Part shown: positions 23,411 to 37,845 of the stretch, piece after piece
Layout: the number at the start of each line of letters is the position of its first letter
How positions within the stretch are numbered: position 1 is the first letter of the stretch
DNA from: Lama guanicoe
Taxonomy: Eukaryota
Assembly (NCBI GenBank): GCA_013239625.1
Contig: MU053652.1
Coordinates: forward strand, 558,001-622,000
Reading direction: 5' to 3'
Length of the DNA: 64,000 nt
Position numbers and translations under genes: made by a program
Notes under the pieces: model-generated
Databases searched by the model: none
What the model saw: the letters and a program-made list of their open reading frames with translations, nothing else
Told to the model about the DNA's origin: nothing

Positions 23411-25696
23411 CTCTTTTGATTCATCACCAAACTGTTTTCTGTGTACTCTCTGCATTTCTAAAATATTCCATGTCTTCATTTCACAATGTCTGTGCGGTCT
23501 ATTTCAGTTCATCTATGCATTTTCTATGTTGGGACATACAAGCTAGAGTGGGGGTTTGAAAAACTGTCATTTTCACTATAATCTCCCCTCAAGACCCATT
23601 CACAGTGCACTCAACTCATAAAATTTTTCCTGATCTCTTTAAACTACTTTATTAATTTGAACTACTTTATGTCATCACATAGTTTTAGCCATTTTTCTGT
23701 TTTTTTTTCTCACATACTAGAATTAAGGTCCTTCAGAGCAGCAACTGTGCCTTGCACACTCCTGAATCATACTCAAAGCCCTTAACAGTATGTTAAGTAC
23801 AGTGGACACAGTTAATAAATGTTTTAAGAAATGATAATGCTATTTTTTGATCAAACTTAACTTAGGTTTGTGCTTTTTTGAAGGGTTACAATACAAAGGT
23901 TATTTTAAGGCTGTTTTAGGGTATAGATATGGCTGGCTAACCAAGCTGAAAAGAAGAAAAGAGATAGGGAAAGAAAAAAAGAAAAGGTTAACCAAGCTAA
24001 ATGATGCATGTGTTATGTGAAATCTATCAATAGGAGGCATTTTTAGCCAAACTATTAACAAATCAAAACCTGATCACATTGCTGGTAATGTGAAATTTAG
24101 TGAATCTGGTCTAAACTGAAAATGACTTCAGTGTCAATGACAGAAGTCAAAAATTGGATGTATGTGATATGTCAATAACATGAACTGTGACTCTGCTGGG
24201 ATAAAATTACAGTATATGTTTGCTGGAAGAAAGGGGCTGGCCACTTGGTTCTCTCCTTCATTGTTCCTCAAAAGGATGGATTTTGTTATATTTAGTAAAT
24301 GAACGCTTTGGAAAACTCAGTTTGAATTATCTCTAATGAGCCTATTTGGCAGCTAACTTTGTTCCTGAACTTAGCTTACGATTATTTCATATCCTACTTT
24401 TATGTTTATCATCACTTGATTAACTGCCAACCTAAATGCAAAGCACTCTAAGAAAAAGTACCTGGAAAACAGTGAGTGAGCCTCTAGGCAGCAATTATGA
24501 TGTATGCGAGTCACAGACATGACCTGCCCTCAACTTTTCTACTTTTATTTCCTTTACTCACATACTTGATTGTTTCAATTAGACCACGACCATCCTCTCA
24601 CATCATTGTTGGTTCCATCCCCTGCTCCCACACCCACACTTTTCCAGACCAATATCTGTAATTATCCTCCAACAATATTCACAAAGTTATTTTCTATAAT
24701 GGCTCAAAGTTCTCTTCAAATTTACCTCCTATAGAGCTCTTTCTTATTTGGAAGAGATTATCTGCTTTCCAGAGTCTCATTTTTGGCCATTTATAGCCAT
24801 ATCATACTCTCAGAGTTTCAACATGATAAAATGGGTTGGAGTTACATCAACTTAACACTGAAACTAAACTAAACATTTTTAAGCCATCTCAGCTGGCGGG
24901 TGTTCTACTGTTATTGTGTTCCTTTCCTTCCAGAGGTCTCAGAGTCATCATCTTCTTTATAGTTTCACTTACTGGTGGGAGTAAAGACTTTATAATTCCT
25001 ATCATTCTATTTTATTCAAATTTTCATATCCTCTGGAAGGCTAAATCAGACCGAAACATTCTGCTCACAAATCTGAGATGCAGATTACACTTATATGTAA
25101 AACAATACAGAAAAAAATATAGCCTCTTGCCTAACAGGTTACTTGTCGGTGACTATCAATTAATCACACAGGCACTCAAATGATGGAATGTACAACATTT
25201 CTGAAGAAAAACTAGACCCTATAGAAAGATTTCAATTACAATATCATCAGTTCCTGCAGAAGTGCTATTCCTCTGGATAACACTGATGACAAATACCTAA
25301 AACACACAGAAGATAGAGGAGCTGTCCAGCAGTCAGTGTCTGCAGTCAGGTTTCTCTGTTCAGTGAGTTACACTCTTGCGCTGACTGCTGCTACTAACTG
25401 CAGCCAAATATGCAAGAGACAGAAAAAGCCTATAGAAGTAGTCTGAACAATAGGGAAAAAAAAAAAGCTAATGTAAGCCCTGGTTTCATCTGAGAAATGT
25501 CTCCTGTTTTCAAAGCAATGAAAAAAATGTAATGAAAGTATGATTTATCACAGTACAAATATGAACTACACCTTAATGGAAAAAAATTATTTCAGAAAAC
25601 TACTTTTCACATTAAATTTGTGAAAAAATGTTTGGCCCGTCAGACTGGCTGCCAGTTACCCCTGACAGTTTATTTTTAATATGACAGTGTACATAT

Positions 25697-25795
25697 TAGG
25701 TTCCAAGACCCCGCCTCCCCACCGCAGGTACCAAAATCCATGGATGCTCAAGTCCCTTATATATAATGGCATAGTAGAGTAAGCCCTCTGTATCA
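25697..25795 (+). mobile_element. MER2-like Tigger MITE fragment
   Basis: ggttccaagacccc...taccaaaatccatggatgctcaagtcccttatataatggcatagta. Confidence 0.8.
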
Positions 25796-25961
25796 GCCCT
25801 CAAACAGAAGGCCAACTGTACACAAAAACTGTCTACTTTTATGAGGACAACCGTGAAGAACCATGGCCACAGGCATGATAGCCACAGGTACAAGAGTTTG
25901 TTCTACATTTAGCATTTCTGTACCCAGGTATTTATTATGTGTATTCATAATTATCTATCAA

Positions 25962-27660
25962 TTGTTTTAAAGGTTATACTCCATACAGTTATTGTAAAGT
26001 ATGAGCTATTTTCCCTGTGTTGTACAATGTATCTTTGTAGCTTATTTTATACCTAATAGTGTGTACCTCTTACTCTTCTACCCCCTTATTGCCCCTCCCC
26101 TCTACCTTCTCCCCACTGGTAATCTAGTTTGTTCTCTTTATCTGTGACTCTGCTCCTTTTCTGATATAGGCACTGTAACAAACTATAACTAGTTTGTTGT
26201 ATTTTTAAGGTTCACATGTAAGTGATATCATATAGTATTAGCCTTTCTCTGTCTAACTTATTTCATTTAGCATAATGCCCTGCAGGCCCATCCATGTTGC
26301 TGCAAATGGCATTATTTCATTCTTTTTAATGACTGAGTAGTATTTCACTGTATATGTGCACCATATTTTCTTTATTCATTCATCTGCTGATGAACACTTA
26401 GGCTGCTTCTGTATCTTGGCAATTGTAAATAATGTTGTTAAGAACACTGAGGTGCATGTATCTTTTTGAATTAGAATTTTCTTTGGATATGTGCCCAGGA
26501 GTAGGATTGCAGGATCATATGGTAACTTTATTTCTAGCTTTTCAAGGAACCTCAATACCGTTCTCCATAGTGGCTGCATCCCACCAACAGTGTATGAGGA
26601 TTCCCTTTTTTCCACACCCTCTCCAGCATTTATTATTCGTAGATTTTTTGATGATGGCCATTTTGACTGGTGTGAGATGATACATCATTGTGGTTTTGAC
26701 TTGCATTTCTCTATTAGCAATACTGAGCATCTTTTCATGTGCCTGTTGGCCATCTGCATCTGTTCTTTAGAGAAATGTCTATTGAGGCCTTCTGCCCACT
26801 TTTTGATTGTTTGGTTTTTTTTTTTTTGATACTAAGCTGTATGAGCTGTTTGTATGAGTTGTCTATATATTTTGGAAATTAATCCCTTGTCAGTAGCATT
26901 ATTTGCAAATATTTTCTCCTAGATCGTAGGTTGTCTTTTTGTTTTGTTCACGGTTTCCTTTACTGTGCTGCTAAAGCTTTTAACTTTAATTGGGTCCTAT
27001 TTGTTTATTTTTGTTTTTTATTTCCATTACTCTAGGTGATGGATCCAAAACAATACTGCTGCAAATTTTTGCTGCAAGCATTCTATGTTTTCCTCAAGAA
27101 GATTAAGAGTATCTGGTTTTACATTTAGGTCTTTAACCCATTTTGAGTTTATTTATGCATATGGTGTTAGAGAATGTTCTAATTTCATTCTTTTATATGC
27201 AGCTGTCCAGTTTTCCCAGCACCACTTACTGAAGAGACTCTCTTCTCTCCATTGTATATCCTTTGTTGTGGATTAACTGACCACAAATGCATGGGTTTAT
27301 TTCTGGGTTCTCAATCCCATTTCATTGATCTATGTGTCTTTTTTGTGTGTGAATATCATACGATTTTGATTACTGTAGTTTGTAGTATACTCTGAAGTCA
27401 GGGAGAATGATTCCACTAGCTCTGTTCTTCTTTCTTTTTGGCTATGGGGTGTTTCCATACAAATTGAAAATTTTCTTGTTCTAGTTCTGTGAAAAATGCC
27501 ACTGGTAGTTTGACAGAGGTTGCACTGAGTAAGTAGACTGCCTTGGGTAGTATGGTCATTTTAACAATAATGATTCTTCCAGTCCAAGAACATGATATAT
27601 CTTTCCATCTGTTTGTGTTGTCTTCAATTTCTTTCATCAGTGTGTTATAGTTTTCCAAGT
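25962..27660 (-). mobile_element. 5'-truncated cetartiodactyl L1 (~1.7 kb): decayed ORF2 C-terminus and 3'UTR
   Basis: ORF fragments [62 protein letters not shown] and [15 protein letters not shown]...KDTCT are L1 ORF2, broken by frameshifts. Confidence 0.95.
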
Positions 27661-27984
27661 GGTTTTATATCATTTCCCATGTTCATATTTTGTTTTGGCG
27701 GTTATATAATATGCTCCTCTTGGACAGGAGGTATTCACTGCATTTTCTCTCTTCTTAAGAAGCAATAACATGCATTTTACTTTGTTTCTGACAAATCCTT
27801 GCCATCATCGTTTACGTGAAAGCCCAGCAACTACCCGCAATATGGTGGTAAACCTCCCTAATGTCTAATTCATTCAGCTAACGTTTACTGACCATGTATA
27901 AGCCACGCCCTAGGAGTGAGGGACGCCAGGTTCTGCATGTCCAGTGAATACATGATGATCTGTCATATCTACAGTGCTTATGAG

Positions 27985-28190
27985 CACTTTTGAAGGACTT
28001 TCATATACTTTAATCTCACTCTGCTTTAGGGGCTGCTTTGACAGTGATATTTCCATTTTGCAGATGAAGAAACTGCAGTTCAGACAAGGTAGGTAATTTG
28101 CTGAAAGTCACACTACTACCAAGTTTTAAAACTTTGTTTTGTACTTAGATCTGCCTCCTAATTAGTTCACCATTCTTTCTTCTATACCAT
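27985..28190 (-). mobile_element. MIR
   Basis: ccattttgcagatgaagaaactgcagttcagacaaggtaggtaatttgctgaaagtcacac. Confidence 0.8.
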
Positions 28191-29499
28191 GTCCTAAAAA
28201 TGGCAAAGTCCATATGCATGGAAATTCAAAAGAAAGTAAAATAAATGGTCACAGACTCAATGATTTTAGAAAATTTCCCAATGTGCTCATTTCCAAAGAT
28301 GGAAAGGCCTATTTTTCACGACTAAGTTTTCGATATTTTGGTAGTTTTAAAAATATTGGCAAACTCAAATACATACAACTTGATTAGAAAAAATGAGTGG
28401 GCAAAATGCAAGTATAAAAAGGAGAGACATGACAGGAACCTCTGCTATTGGTATATTTCTATAGGGAAGGGTTCCAGACTGTGTTAAGACACGACACCCA
28501 CGCTCTATGCAGGACTGAAGAGCTGTGAAAGTTCTGGAATATTGTAAGATGCAATCACAATGTTAGGCTAGGCACAGCATCCACATCTTTTGCTTCTTGG
28601 TTCAATGTTCTATTTTTCAATGACAAAAGTGAAAGAGTAATTAGACTATGTGGGTTTCTCTTTAACCTGGTTGGCCATTTCTCCTCACAGCACAATTACC
28701 CTGCTAATGAGAATAAATTTGGTTTAAGTAGGGGATTATTTCACTGCAGAGCCCCCACTGACTCCAGTTCCCACAGTAGCCATCGTTCTGAGGGTGCACC
28801 CATCTAACATTCATTTGCCTAAATGAAAGCCAGACAGAAAAATTGGGCAGGCACAGTTATAAGAAAACACAAGGGCTTTTGTTTATATTGAAAAAGAGCC
28901 TCATTTAGTCAATCTGAATCTTTCTAATATCTAGTGAAATATTTATTAATGAGTATCAGTACAGCAAGCCAGAAAGTCTTATTTGCATTAATTTAAACCA
29001 TAAATAATTGAAGGTAGATTTCATTCCTCAAGTCATGGTTTCAGAAAACATCCTCAATAGCATGCTGAATAAAAAGAGATCATGAGTGAAGCAAAATGTA
29101 TTAAAAGTTGAGGGTGGTAGATGTTTTGCCTACCATTGGTCCACATGGATTACTTCTCAATAAAATATAATCCATTATCCTGTTATCCTCACCTCAGTAG
29201 AAGTGACACAACAAGACACTGATCACTTTTTAAAATTTCTCTCACTTACGATTATAGTAAATAAATCTGAGCTATCCACCAGGATGGATCAAAAATGAGT
29301 TCTGAGCAAATCTGGGTATCCATTTCTTCACTCACTTGCTAAACACAGCGTATGCTTACTACACGGCAGGGCCCACTAGAGGACAACAATCAAAAATGGG
29401 CAAAACATAGAACCTACTCTTAAGAGAGCTCAGTTTCAAAAAAAAAAAAGAGAGAGAGAGCACTCAGGTTACAGCAATGGTGAATCCAAACATAATTTA

Positions 29500-29762
29500 C
29501 ACCAACTGGTAGTCACAAAACAAAATTAAACGATTGCAGTCAACGTTGAGAGAGACAAAGTTGGGGGGAGGAAGGTGGACTGAATAGGAAACAGAATATA
29601 AGAGCATATTACATGTATATGGTAAATATTAATGTGTGTAATTTTATTTATATATTTATGTGTGTGTGCTTATTTATTTATTTATACACATATATAGGAG
29701 TGTACCAGATCCTAATATAAAGTACAGTTTTTACTGTGAAAAAAAATACATAAGCCACTGAC
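29500..29762. mobile_element. hAT-Charlie-class relic (a related piece lies at ~60085-60272)
   Basis: acagaatataagagcatattacatgt...tttttactgtg...aagccactg terminus; resembles gaacagaaaatatcagagtgtattatatgt at ~60155. Confidence 0.45.
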
Positions 29763-32700
29763 CCAGAGAGAAGAGAACTAAAGAATTACACTCTAGACAA
29801 GCTAACAGCACTCATGGTAGAGATCACTTCATAATTTGTTTACATACCTCATCTCCCTACCTGACTCCAGGCCTTCGAGGTAGAATATTGGGCCAGCTTC
29901 ATCACTGCATTCCCCTCAGGGCCTAGATATGCCTAGCATAGGGCGTTGTCAGAAGCTCAGTGCAAACCTCCTGCATAAAATCGTAAATTAAGCCAGCTCT
30001 GAAAATGGCCACGATGTAAGCCAGCCAACTTAGGCCTGTGATTAACTGAGCATATGTGAAGAAAATGTGTAGTCATTTGCTGTTGGCCAGTGTTCATGAT
30101 CATTCTACGCTTGTATCTTCTCTCCCCATGAAAATTAGATCTAACTTCATTTGTGCAAGCTCTAATTAATTCATAGTTCTTCCTTTAGGAAGTACTCAGA
30201 AATTACAAACAATATTGCTAAGACAAATTGTGCCTCTTATTAGCTGGGTATGCCATGGTGTAGGGGGAGGGAAGTAGGCCTATTGATTATTCATAAAGAG
30301 CAAATATAACATACTCAACCAACAAGACAACATAGCATGAGGGGACGCTAGTAAATAACGTCTACTTCACAGCCAACAAGAAGAAAATTGTTTCCAAATT
30401 TCAGTCCATGCCTCTCGTCTCACTGCTCCCCTTGGAAATTAACAATAAACAATAAACAATATTGTTAAGAAAGCAGTAACGAGTGCAAAGAGAGCCACCC
30501 TCCTGCTCTCGAATCACCCCGGCCGCACATGACCCACATTCAATGTCTGCCCTCATTATACTGAAGTGTCTGATGCGTGTCTGCCTCGCAGGTCGTGGCT
30601 CTTGGCAAGTTGTCATGTAACAATTCTTTTTGTCACCTGCAAAAAGATGGGCATGATCAACTTTGACCCCAAGACTGAACCACTGTATTCCTCAAAGTAA
30701 TATATGTAAGTTACAGCACTGGAAAGGAACAAAAAAGCAATGAGATGATCTTAAAATTTTTCTATCTTTCTGACTTGAGAAGATATGCATGCTTGATATT
30801 TTGCAGCATTTTTACTAGAGAATAGAGGATGCCTGCCTGTCAGATCTCCACACTATGAATAAAGAGTTGTTAATTAGATGTCAACACTGACAGTTACTTG
30901 GGTCACCAAAAACCTTGAAGGCAACGATCAGGAGATGTCTGTGAAATGTTGAACTTGAAATGAATGAACTTATTTTTGACTACTGTTCCTAAGACTATTG
31001 AGCTTTTGAAAAAAAGAAGGAAAACTGCACCATCAGAGGAATGAAAATTCAGTGCTAGAATATTACTAAATAATATGACTATTATTTAATCCTATCTTAA
31101 GAGGAAAATAAAATAGATGTTACCAAAACGGCAAAACTTTTATTTCTGGGGTTGTGCCTCTTTCATTCAGAGCATTATAAAGAGAACCCAAGTGATTATT
31201 TTAGATCTTGATGGAGAGAAGGAACATTTCTTTCCTCTTTAGAAGGTGTTATCATAAAAATGCAGAAGGAATCAGAATAATTAGTAACTGGATCACTGAA
31301 GGATATATTTATTTTCAAATGTACAAGCAATACATATATCTACCTACCTAATCTAAATATGATTTTAAGAGACTCCAAAAGGAATGAAAACTAGATAAAA
31401 ACAGTCATAATGTTTCAAAGTTGTTTTCAGAATTTGAGTCACTTTCATTTTCATTACCTAATTTTATGCCATGAACATAGTGCTACACTGGGACTGTTAC
31501 CTGAGGAAGTAATGAGTTTAACTGTAAGCATAAATTTAGAGAGGGAGGAAATAATCTAAGACAGAGGGATAGACGGATGGATGGCTGGATGATGAAGTAC
31601 AACTGATTCACTAATTTCTTGGTATTTAACCTGCTCCTTTGAATGTATATTATTCTCTTTAAATTGCTTTAATTAGATCAAGCAAGGTGAAAAGGCAACA
31701 AAATCATCTCCTAACAAGTCCTATCTCTGGTCTCTAGTTTTGGTCTCTACCATTTTCTCCTAAATTGACAACTATCTCTGAGCTGGTCTTTCCCATTCAT
31801 ACTTCACTATCCACCCTACGTTTCAGGCAGATTAATCCACATTAAAGATCTCTTCCACAGCAATATTTCATTTCTCAAAGACTTTCAATGGCTTCTACTT
31901 TCATCACATGAATCTAGAATCCTCTCTCTGGTTTTCAGGGCCCTCCTATGATCTGGCCCCATTACATTCCCACCTCTCTGCAGGATGCTCATGTGCTCAT
32001 TATTTCATAAGAATCCAAAATTATTCCTGCCCCAGACTTTTCACTTATGTTTTTCCACTTATTCAAACCACACTTCAATTTGGTGAAATTTCAGAAGACC
32101 CATATTTAATACATGTGAAATCAACGATACATGGGCTAAGCTAGACAGGGCAACTGAAACACAGCAAGGTATTTGGCCTGCCATTCTACTTGATGAGAAT
32201 ATGTCCCAGGTAAGCAGGACAGGGAGACATGAACCCAGGTCTCACAATCAGACTCAGCTCCCGGCTACCTTTGTGGTATCAGCATCTAGCCACTCTGAGT
32301 CTGGTATTTTAAAATATGTATTTTTAATGCACTATAATGCGTATTATTCATAAGGTGGATACTTCTTTTGGAGCTTAACCAAAGGGGGAAAAAATCTGGA
32401 GAAAAATCTAACAGCATTGAATTTACCATGTTGACAGATGGCAGTTGATCTCTAACTTGGCAAGTGATTTTCATAGGTAATCATGATGATATTCGGTTTT
32501 CCCCTTAGGTTCTGGAGTAGATAAACCCGTATATGACTGAAATGCTATGATACAGCCTACCTGAATTCCACCTGTCTTTAAAAAGCTCAGCTTCAGAACT
32601 ATTGTCTCCTGCCTGCATTAATCTCCCTATTTTCCCAAGCTTTCATAGTCCTAGGAATGCAATTATGTGTTTATACCTCATCTTTCACTGTGTGCTGTTA

Positions 32701-32849
32701 TTTCTCATGTAATCATCTCTTCTTAACTGTATTTTCACTTCTCTGAGCACAGAGACCGTGCTTTACTTATTTATTTTTCTGTATTTCTCATGGTTCCTAA
32801 CACAATGTGCCACTCGTACTAAGGAACTCTACTTAGGATCTTTTGGACA

Positions 32850-33095
32850 ATACGGTATGCAGAAGAGAACACAGGGTTTGGGGTTAGACAAGCCTAGGTT
32901 GGAATCTCAGCTCTCAGATATTTAACCTGACCCTCAAGACCCTAATCTTCTAAACGAGGAACAATACCTCTCTTGGAGGGTTACCGTAAAGTTGGCAGTG
33001 ATGTATGTATTGAACTAATGTGTTATGTTCACCTTATAATATATATAAGCAAAGTGCCTGAAATACAGTAGCACCCATTATGTGGTAGGTAATAC
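32850..33095 (+). mobile_element. MIR
   Basis: gggtttggggttagacaagcctaggttggaatctcagctct...aaagtgcctgaaatacagtagcac. Confidence 0.75.
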
Positions 33096-33419
33096 TTCTA
33101 ACAACTCATTCATTTGTTCACTTTTTTACAAATGTGCCAATCAAATAAATGACGGAGTATTTGTATCATGAAAGTTTGGTCACCACTGCGTCTCTTGAAG
33201 TAGAAATTCCTCTGAAACTTTTAAGGATTCAGTTTATAATAACAGAGCTCTCGAGTGCTAACCCAGAGCTGAGTAACCACATCGATGTCCGTACATTTAG
33301 AGATTACTACACCCATTCACACGTACTATCAATCTTTCCTAATTAGAGACCTTTATCACCTAAAGGAACCTGGTGTCTTGGTGGTAACAATGACAGAAAT
33401 CCTTAAAATGTACCCCAGC

Positions 33420-33780
33420 TTCTGAAAGTGCAGGCCCCTCTGCCTGGGCTGCCCTTTCTCCCTCACACAACCCAGCCCTTCACTGCAGCCTGGTCTCTGC
33501 ACATCTGTCCTCTTCTGGAGAAGTTCAAGGAGGGCCTGACATCTAAAATAGCTCCCCAACCACTCACTGTCTCCTTAAATTGCCTCCTTCTCTTTATAGA
33601 GCTTATCATAATAAAATGCCATATAGATTCACTGGCTTACACGCTTATTCTCCTTCTGCCTCGCTGGAATGTAAGCCCCAGGAGGGCAGGGACTCAGGCT
33701 GGCTCACAGCTGTATACGGAGAACTAAGAAAAGTACGTAAGATGCTGCAGGTGCTCTAGAGATACTTGCTGGGTTCCTGT
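33420..33780 (+). mobile_element. L2 3' region
   Basis: cttctggagaagttc...ctggaatgtaagccccaggagggcagggac...gctcacagctgtat. Confidence 0.7.
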
Positions 33781-36700
33781 CTAGTCCTCCCTTGAACTGA
33801 AGGACTAAAAACTCCAGGAGGTGATGGTTCTCGCTAAACTTACGAATGAATGAATGGAATCACTGCCTTCGCCACTTCTCCCCTATCAGACCCCTCCCAG
33901 CCAGCTGTTTGGAGAGGAAAAAAGCTGCAGAGCCCAGGTCTGCTTCCCAGCTCCCAGATTTAGCCCCTCCCACGTGTTCCCTGACCCTCCGTGGTGCCAG
34001 GCAGTAAAACTGGAATCTGTGAAAGAAAAAAAAGTGCTTATGCAACACGCACTGCAGACCTTGTCACCTATCTTTAATGCCTCTTTAAGACGATTGTTGG
34101 ATGATCCTACCTGACACGTTAAGAAAAGAGCCCAACTCTAACGGCATTCCTTGGGCAGACTGGCTTAAAATTTTTGTTTTTGAATTATCACCAGTAGTGC
34201 ATTCTTGCATGTTCAAATCCTGCAGCTCTCAATCTGGCCCCCTGTAAAAAGTAACATATGCTCATAATAAATCTTTAAAATGGCTCTATTAATAGAGTGG
34301 CTGCAGTGACAGCTTTATAAATGGGCCCCATCTTTATGCAAACTGTGTTTTATTAGATTGCATTATAATGATTTGTACTAAGAATACAGAGATGAATTCT
34401 GAGAGAAGGGACCCCTAAGCTGGTCAGTGGTTTCCGAGCCTGTGAATTCTGTGTAGTAGACTGTGCATTCCGGGAACAACAGACATCATCAGATTAGTTT
34501 TGCTACAGTTGTATGCTTCTCCGCCTGCTTTCTCCAATCAGATAATAACAGTCTAATAACTGGCTTTGTGTCTGTCAATCCAATTACTTCCTATGTGGGA
34601 TGTGCTGACACTCCATTAAATCGGCAGACAGATGGCAGGGTCTTTCATTACCCTCCGACTGAATAATTAGCTTCCCGGGCATATAAGTAGGGAAGGAGCC
34701 CGTCTATAAAGTCAGGTGTCTTCCAAATAAAACCAAAGACACAGGTCACTAAATATAATCTTATTAGCCTCATGTTATGTCGCCGCCATGCCTATAATAG
34801 ACAAAGCCACCTAGCTTACCCTCCAGTCAATTAAGAGCCTTTCCCGGCAGCCTTGATCAGGAGGGGTGGCCCTCCGGCCATATTTCCACTAAAGCCCTTT
34901 CCCCCCATAAGTCTGATGGGTATCCATTCCAGGAAGAATACCATCTCAGTCTGGGATCCAAATGATGTCACCTCGGGAAAGCTAAACTGTCCTTTCATCT
35001 GACCTGATCTCATTAAGAAATCGACATCCACTAAAATAAGCTGCCTATGGAGAAAGTTAAGTAGAATTTAACCTAAAATTTTGAAGGCTGAGGACTGGGT
35101 GCCTATCGTAAATAAGAATACAACCATAAGAATTTTAATGAACTTATAAATCTTCATAGGATGCTTATAATACAATTAGGAAAAATGAATTTAAAAGGAA
35201 GAAACACTGTCTTCCACATTTTGCACTCTATTTACCATAATGATCAGCATTTAACAGGTATCCCACCAACTCTCTGTGCATCAACTTAAGGATGTTATAA
35301 AGGAGTTATTAATAATCACGATAATTTTAAAAAGGAAAAATGTGGTGTAGTTGGTGAAACTAATGCCTCCAAATATCATCAGTTTACGTCTACAAACCCA
35401 CATGGTTGACAGAGACCCTCTTCCACTCCTCTTCTCTCCTTGAGTAGCTATGTCACAAATGTCTCACTACCATGGACAAATTCCAATTAGATATTTGGCA
35501 TTTCATACCTTCAGTGGGTTAGAACCCCACGAATGAAAAAGGCAAATTAATATGGAGACAGCATGATGTCATGGAAGGAATATGGTCTGGGCACCAAAGA
35601 CCTGGGTTCCAACCTGACTGTCTGATTTACTACTATGGAACCCTGGGTTTCCATTCACTCACCAGATGAACTTCACATATTCTCTGTGTCCGACCCTCAC
35701 GTTACCTGATTCGATATGGGATGCTGGCATGCCTGGGACCTTTCCTCAGCTTTCCTCGCTGCTAAGAGTAATTCTCTCAGGTCCCTAAAAGGGTCCTGGC
35801 ATATCACTGCCATCTTATTATGAATATTCATTTCCATAGGCCACAAAGACTAATCAACTCCCTGCTAAAGCGAACAGAGGGTCAACAGACTAAACCGGCA
35901 CTAAAAGCAAGGAGACACTAATGCACTGAATCACAAAAGCAGACAACTTTATAGCCCTTTAATGAGGAATATATTTTTTCATGGTTGTGGTTAAAGGGAC
36001 AGGCAGACCCATTAACCATGGTTCTCCCCTTTCTAAGTGTCTTCCTTCCTTATTTACCAAAGGTAATGGTTATATTCAACAATAGTTATATATGAACTTG
36101 CTTGTGTAACACCTGATTTTCTTTTTTTAAGTTCTTTGAATACACAGTCTCTCTGACTAAACACTTAAGAAAGCACTCACAATAAGTAGCTGCTGTGAAA
36201 AAGAGTGATTAGACTGGGAGATGCTCAGTAGGTAATGGAGCCAAAGAGTACAGCTACTGAAGTGGAGATGACCAGTGACAGCTGGCTGTGACACATTCAG
36301 GCTATTATCAACAGCCTGGATGGCATCTAAGAAAACTAATATATCAATGGAAGGAAAAAACACTTGGGCTAGAAGATCTGAACCCAGAATGAGGTGAATC
36401 GAAGCTGGTGTCACTCATGTGCCAAGAGAAGAGATGAAAAACCTACTGACTCAAGTTCAATATCAGGAAAAAGGTGATTTCACTGTGAGATTATACACAC
36501 ACTGAAAATTAAGAATTCCAAAGAAGAAGAGAGAGGCCAGAGAATGTCCATGTTTTTAATATGGTGGACCAGAGGCTAGGCTGCCAGTGAAATAACTCAC
36601 TATTTAAAATGAGAGAGAGACACTCTGTCCGAGACTCACCTGGACAGCCAAGGTGAAAAAAACCACCCTAATTACTGAAGTCCCCTGAATGTGTACAAGA

Positions 36701-37845
36701 TGGCATCTTAAAGAGTTATGTTTCCAACCAGGAGTCAAGAACACTAGCAGCCTCGTGAAGGCTTCAAAGTTGATTAAAGAGACTGGGAAGTAGGAAAAAA
36801 CCCACTTGGCAAAATAACAGGCAACATATGTGAGGAGAAAACAGCTTCCCAAGCTCAAGCTCCTCAAATCTGACTCTAATCACTCTCCCACCATATCAAG
36901 AGAGCCCTGGGCGGAAAGACCCACAAAAGGCAAGGGCACATTTTCACTGCTGTTAGGAAGGTAACGTAAAGTGAAAAGTCCTCTTGTAATTGTATGTTTG
37001 AGCCCCACGGTTCAAAAGTTATATGACTGCTAAATACAGTCGAGATCAACAGAGCACTCCTGCCTCTGCCAGGGTGTCTTCACATCCCTGACACTGAAGT
37101 CAGCAAAGACGACGAGGTGAAAAGGCTCCTGCTCAAGCTCCTCGTGGAGGATTCTGAGACCCCACTTTTATTAAACATCTTCTTCTGCCTGTTAAACGCA
37201 CTGTGCTTGTCTCCCCAGCGAGAGACGTCTTTTTGCAGGTAAAGAAGAAAATGAGTCGCGGTGGGGTGGGAGGGGATGCCTCAAAAAAGGCCAAAGGCAT
37301 GTCCACTTTCATCTTTCTTGCGCCAGCCCCACTGCTGCTCTGGAGGCAGGAACACCCTGGGAAGACAGCCCACCACGTGGTGTGCTCTGTGCTAACGTGC
37401 CTCCGAGTCCACTCAGACAACCTGAGGTTACTTCTCTTTTTGACATTCCCTCCTAAAGAGCTATAAACGCACGTTATTTTTATACACTTTTTTCAGAGTA
37501 TCAAAACTGTCTCAGTTTTTACAGTTCCATTTCCATTTGGGGACAAAAATGCATATTCTACAATAGCTCCACTTACAGCTTCATCTCAGCATAGTAATTT
37601 ACATTTTTGCTCCTGTGAACATTTTCTTCTCTGGCAGTTCTTAGAAAAATGAAAATGCCTTAGTTGTAAATAAAATAATCACTTTCTGTGGACGAGGTGA
37701 AAAGTCCCTCTTGAGGGGGATGTTTTAAATGATGAATCATTATGGGCTGTTTAATCATGATCTGCATAGAAGCAAATGTGAAAGCCCAAAAGAGAACACC
37801 CCAAATTATGGGAGGAACACAAGGAAAGGCCACAGACTCCTTAAA

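Noticed and set aside
26376..27658. ORFs with reverse-transcriptase-associated similarity
   Set aside because: Frameshifted fragments of a 5'-truncated L1 ORF2; not a functional gene or novel retroelement.
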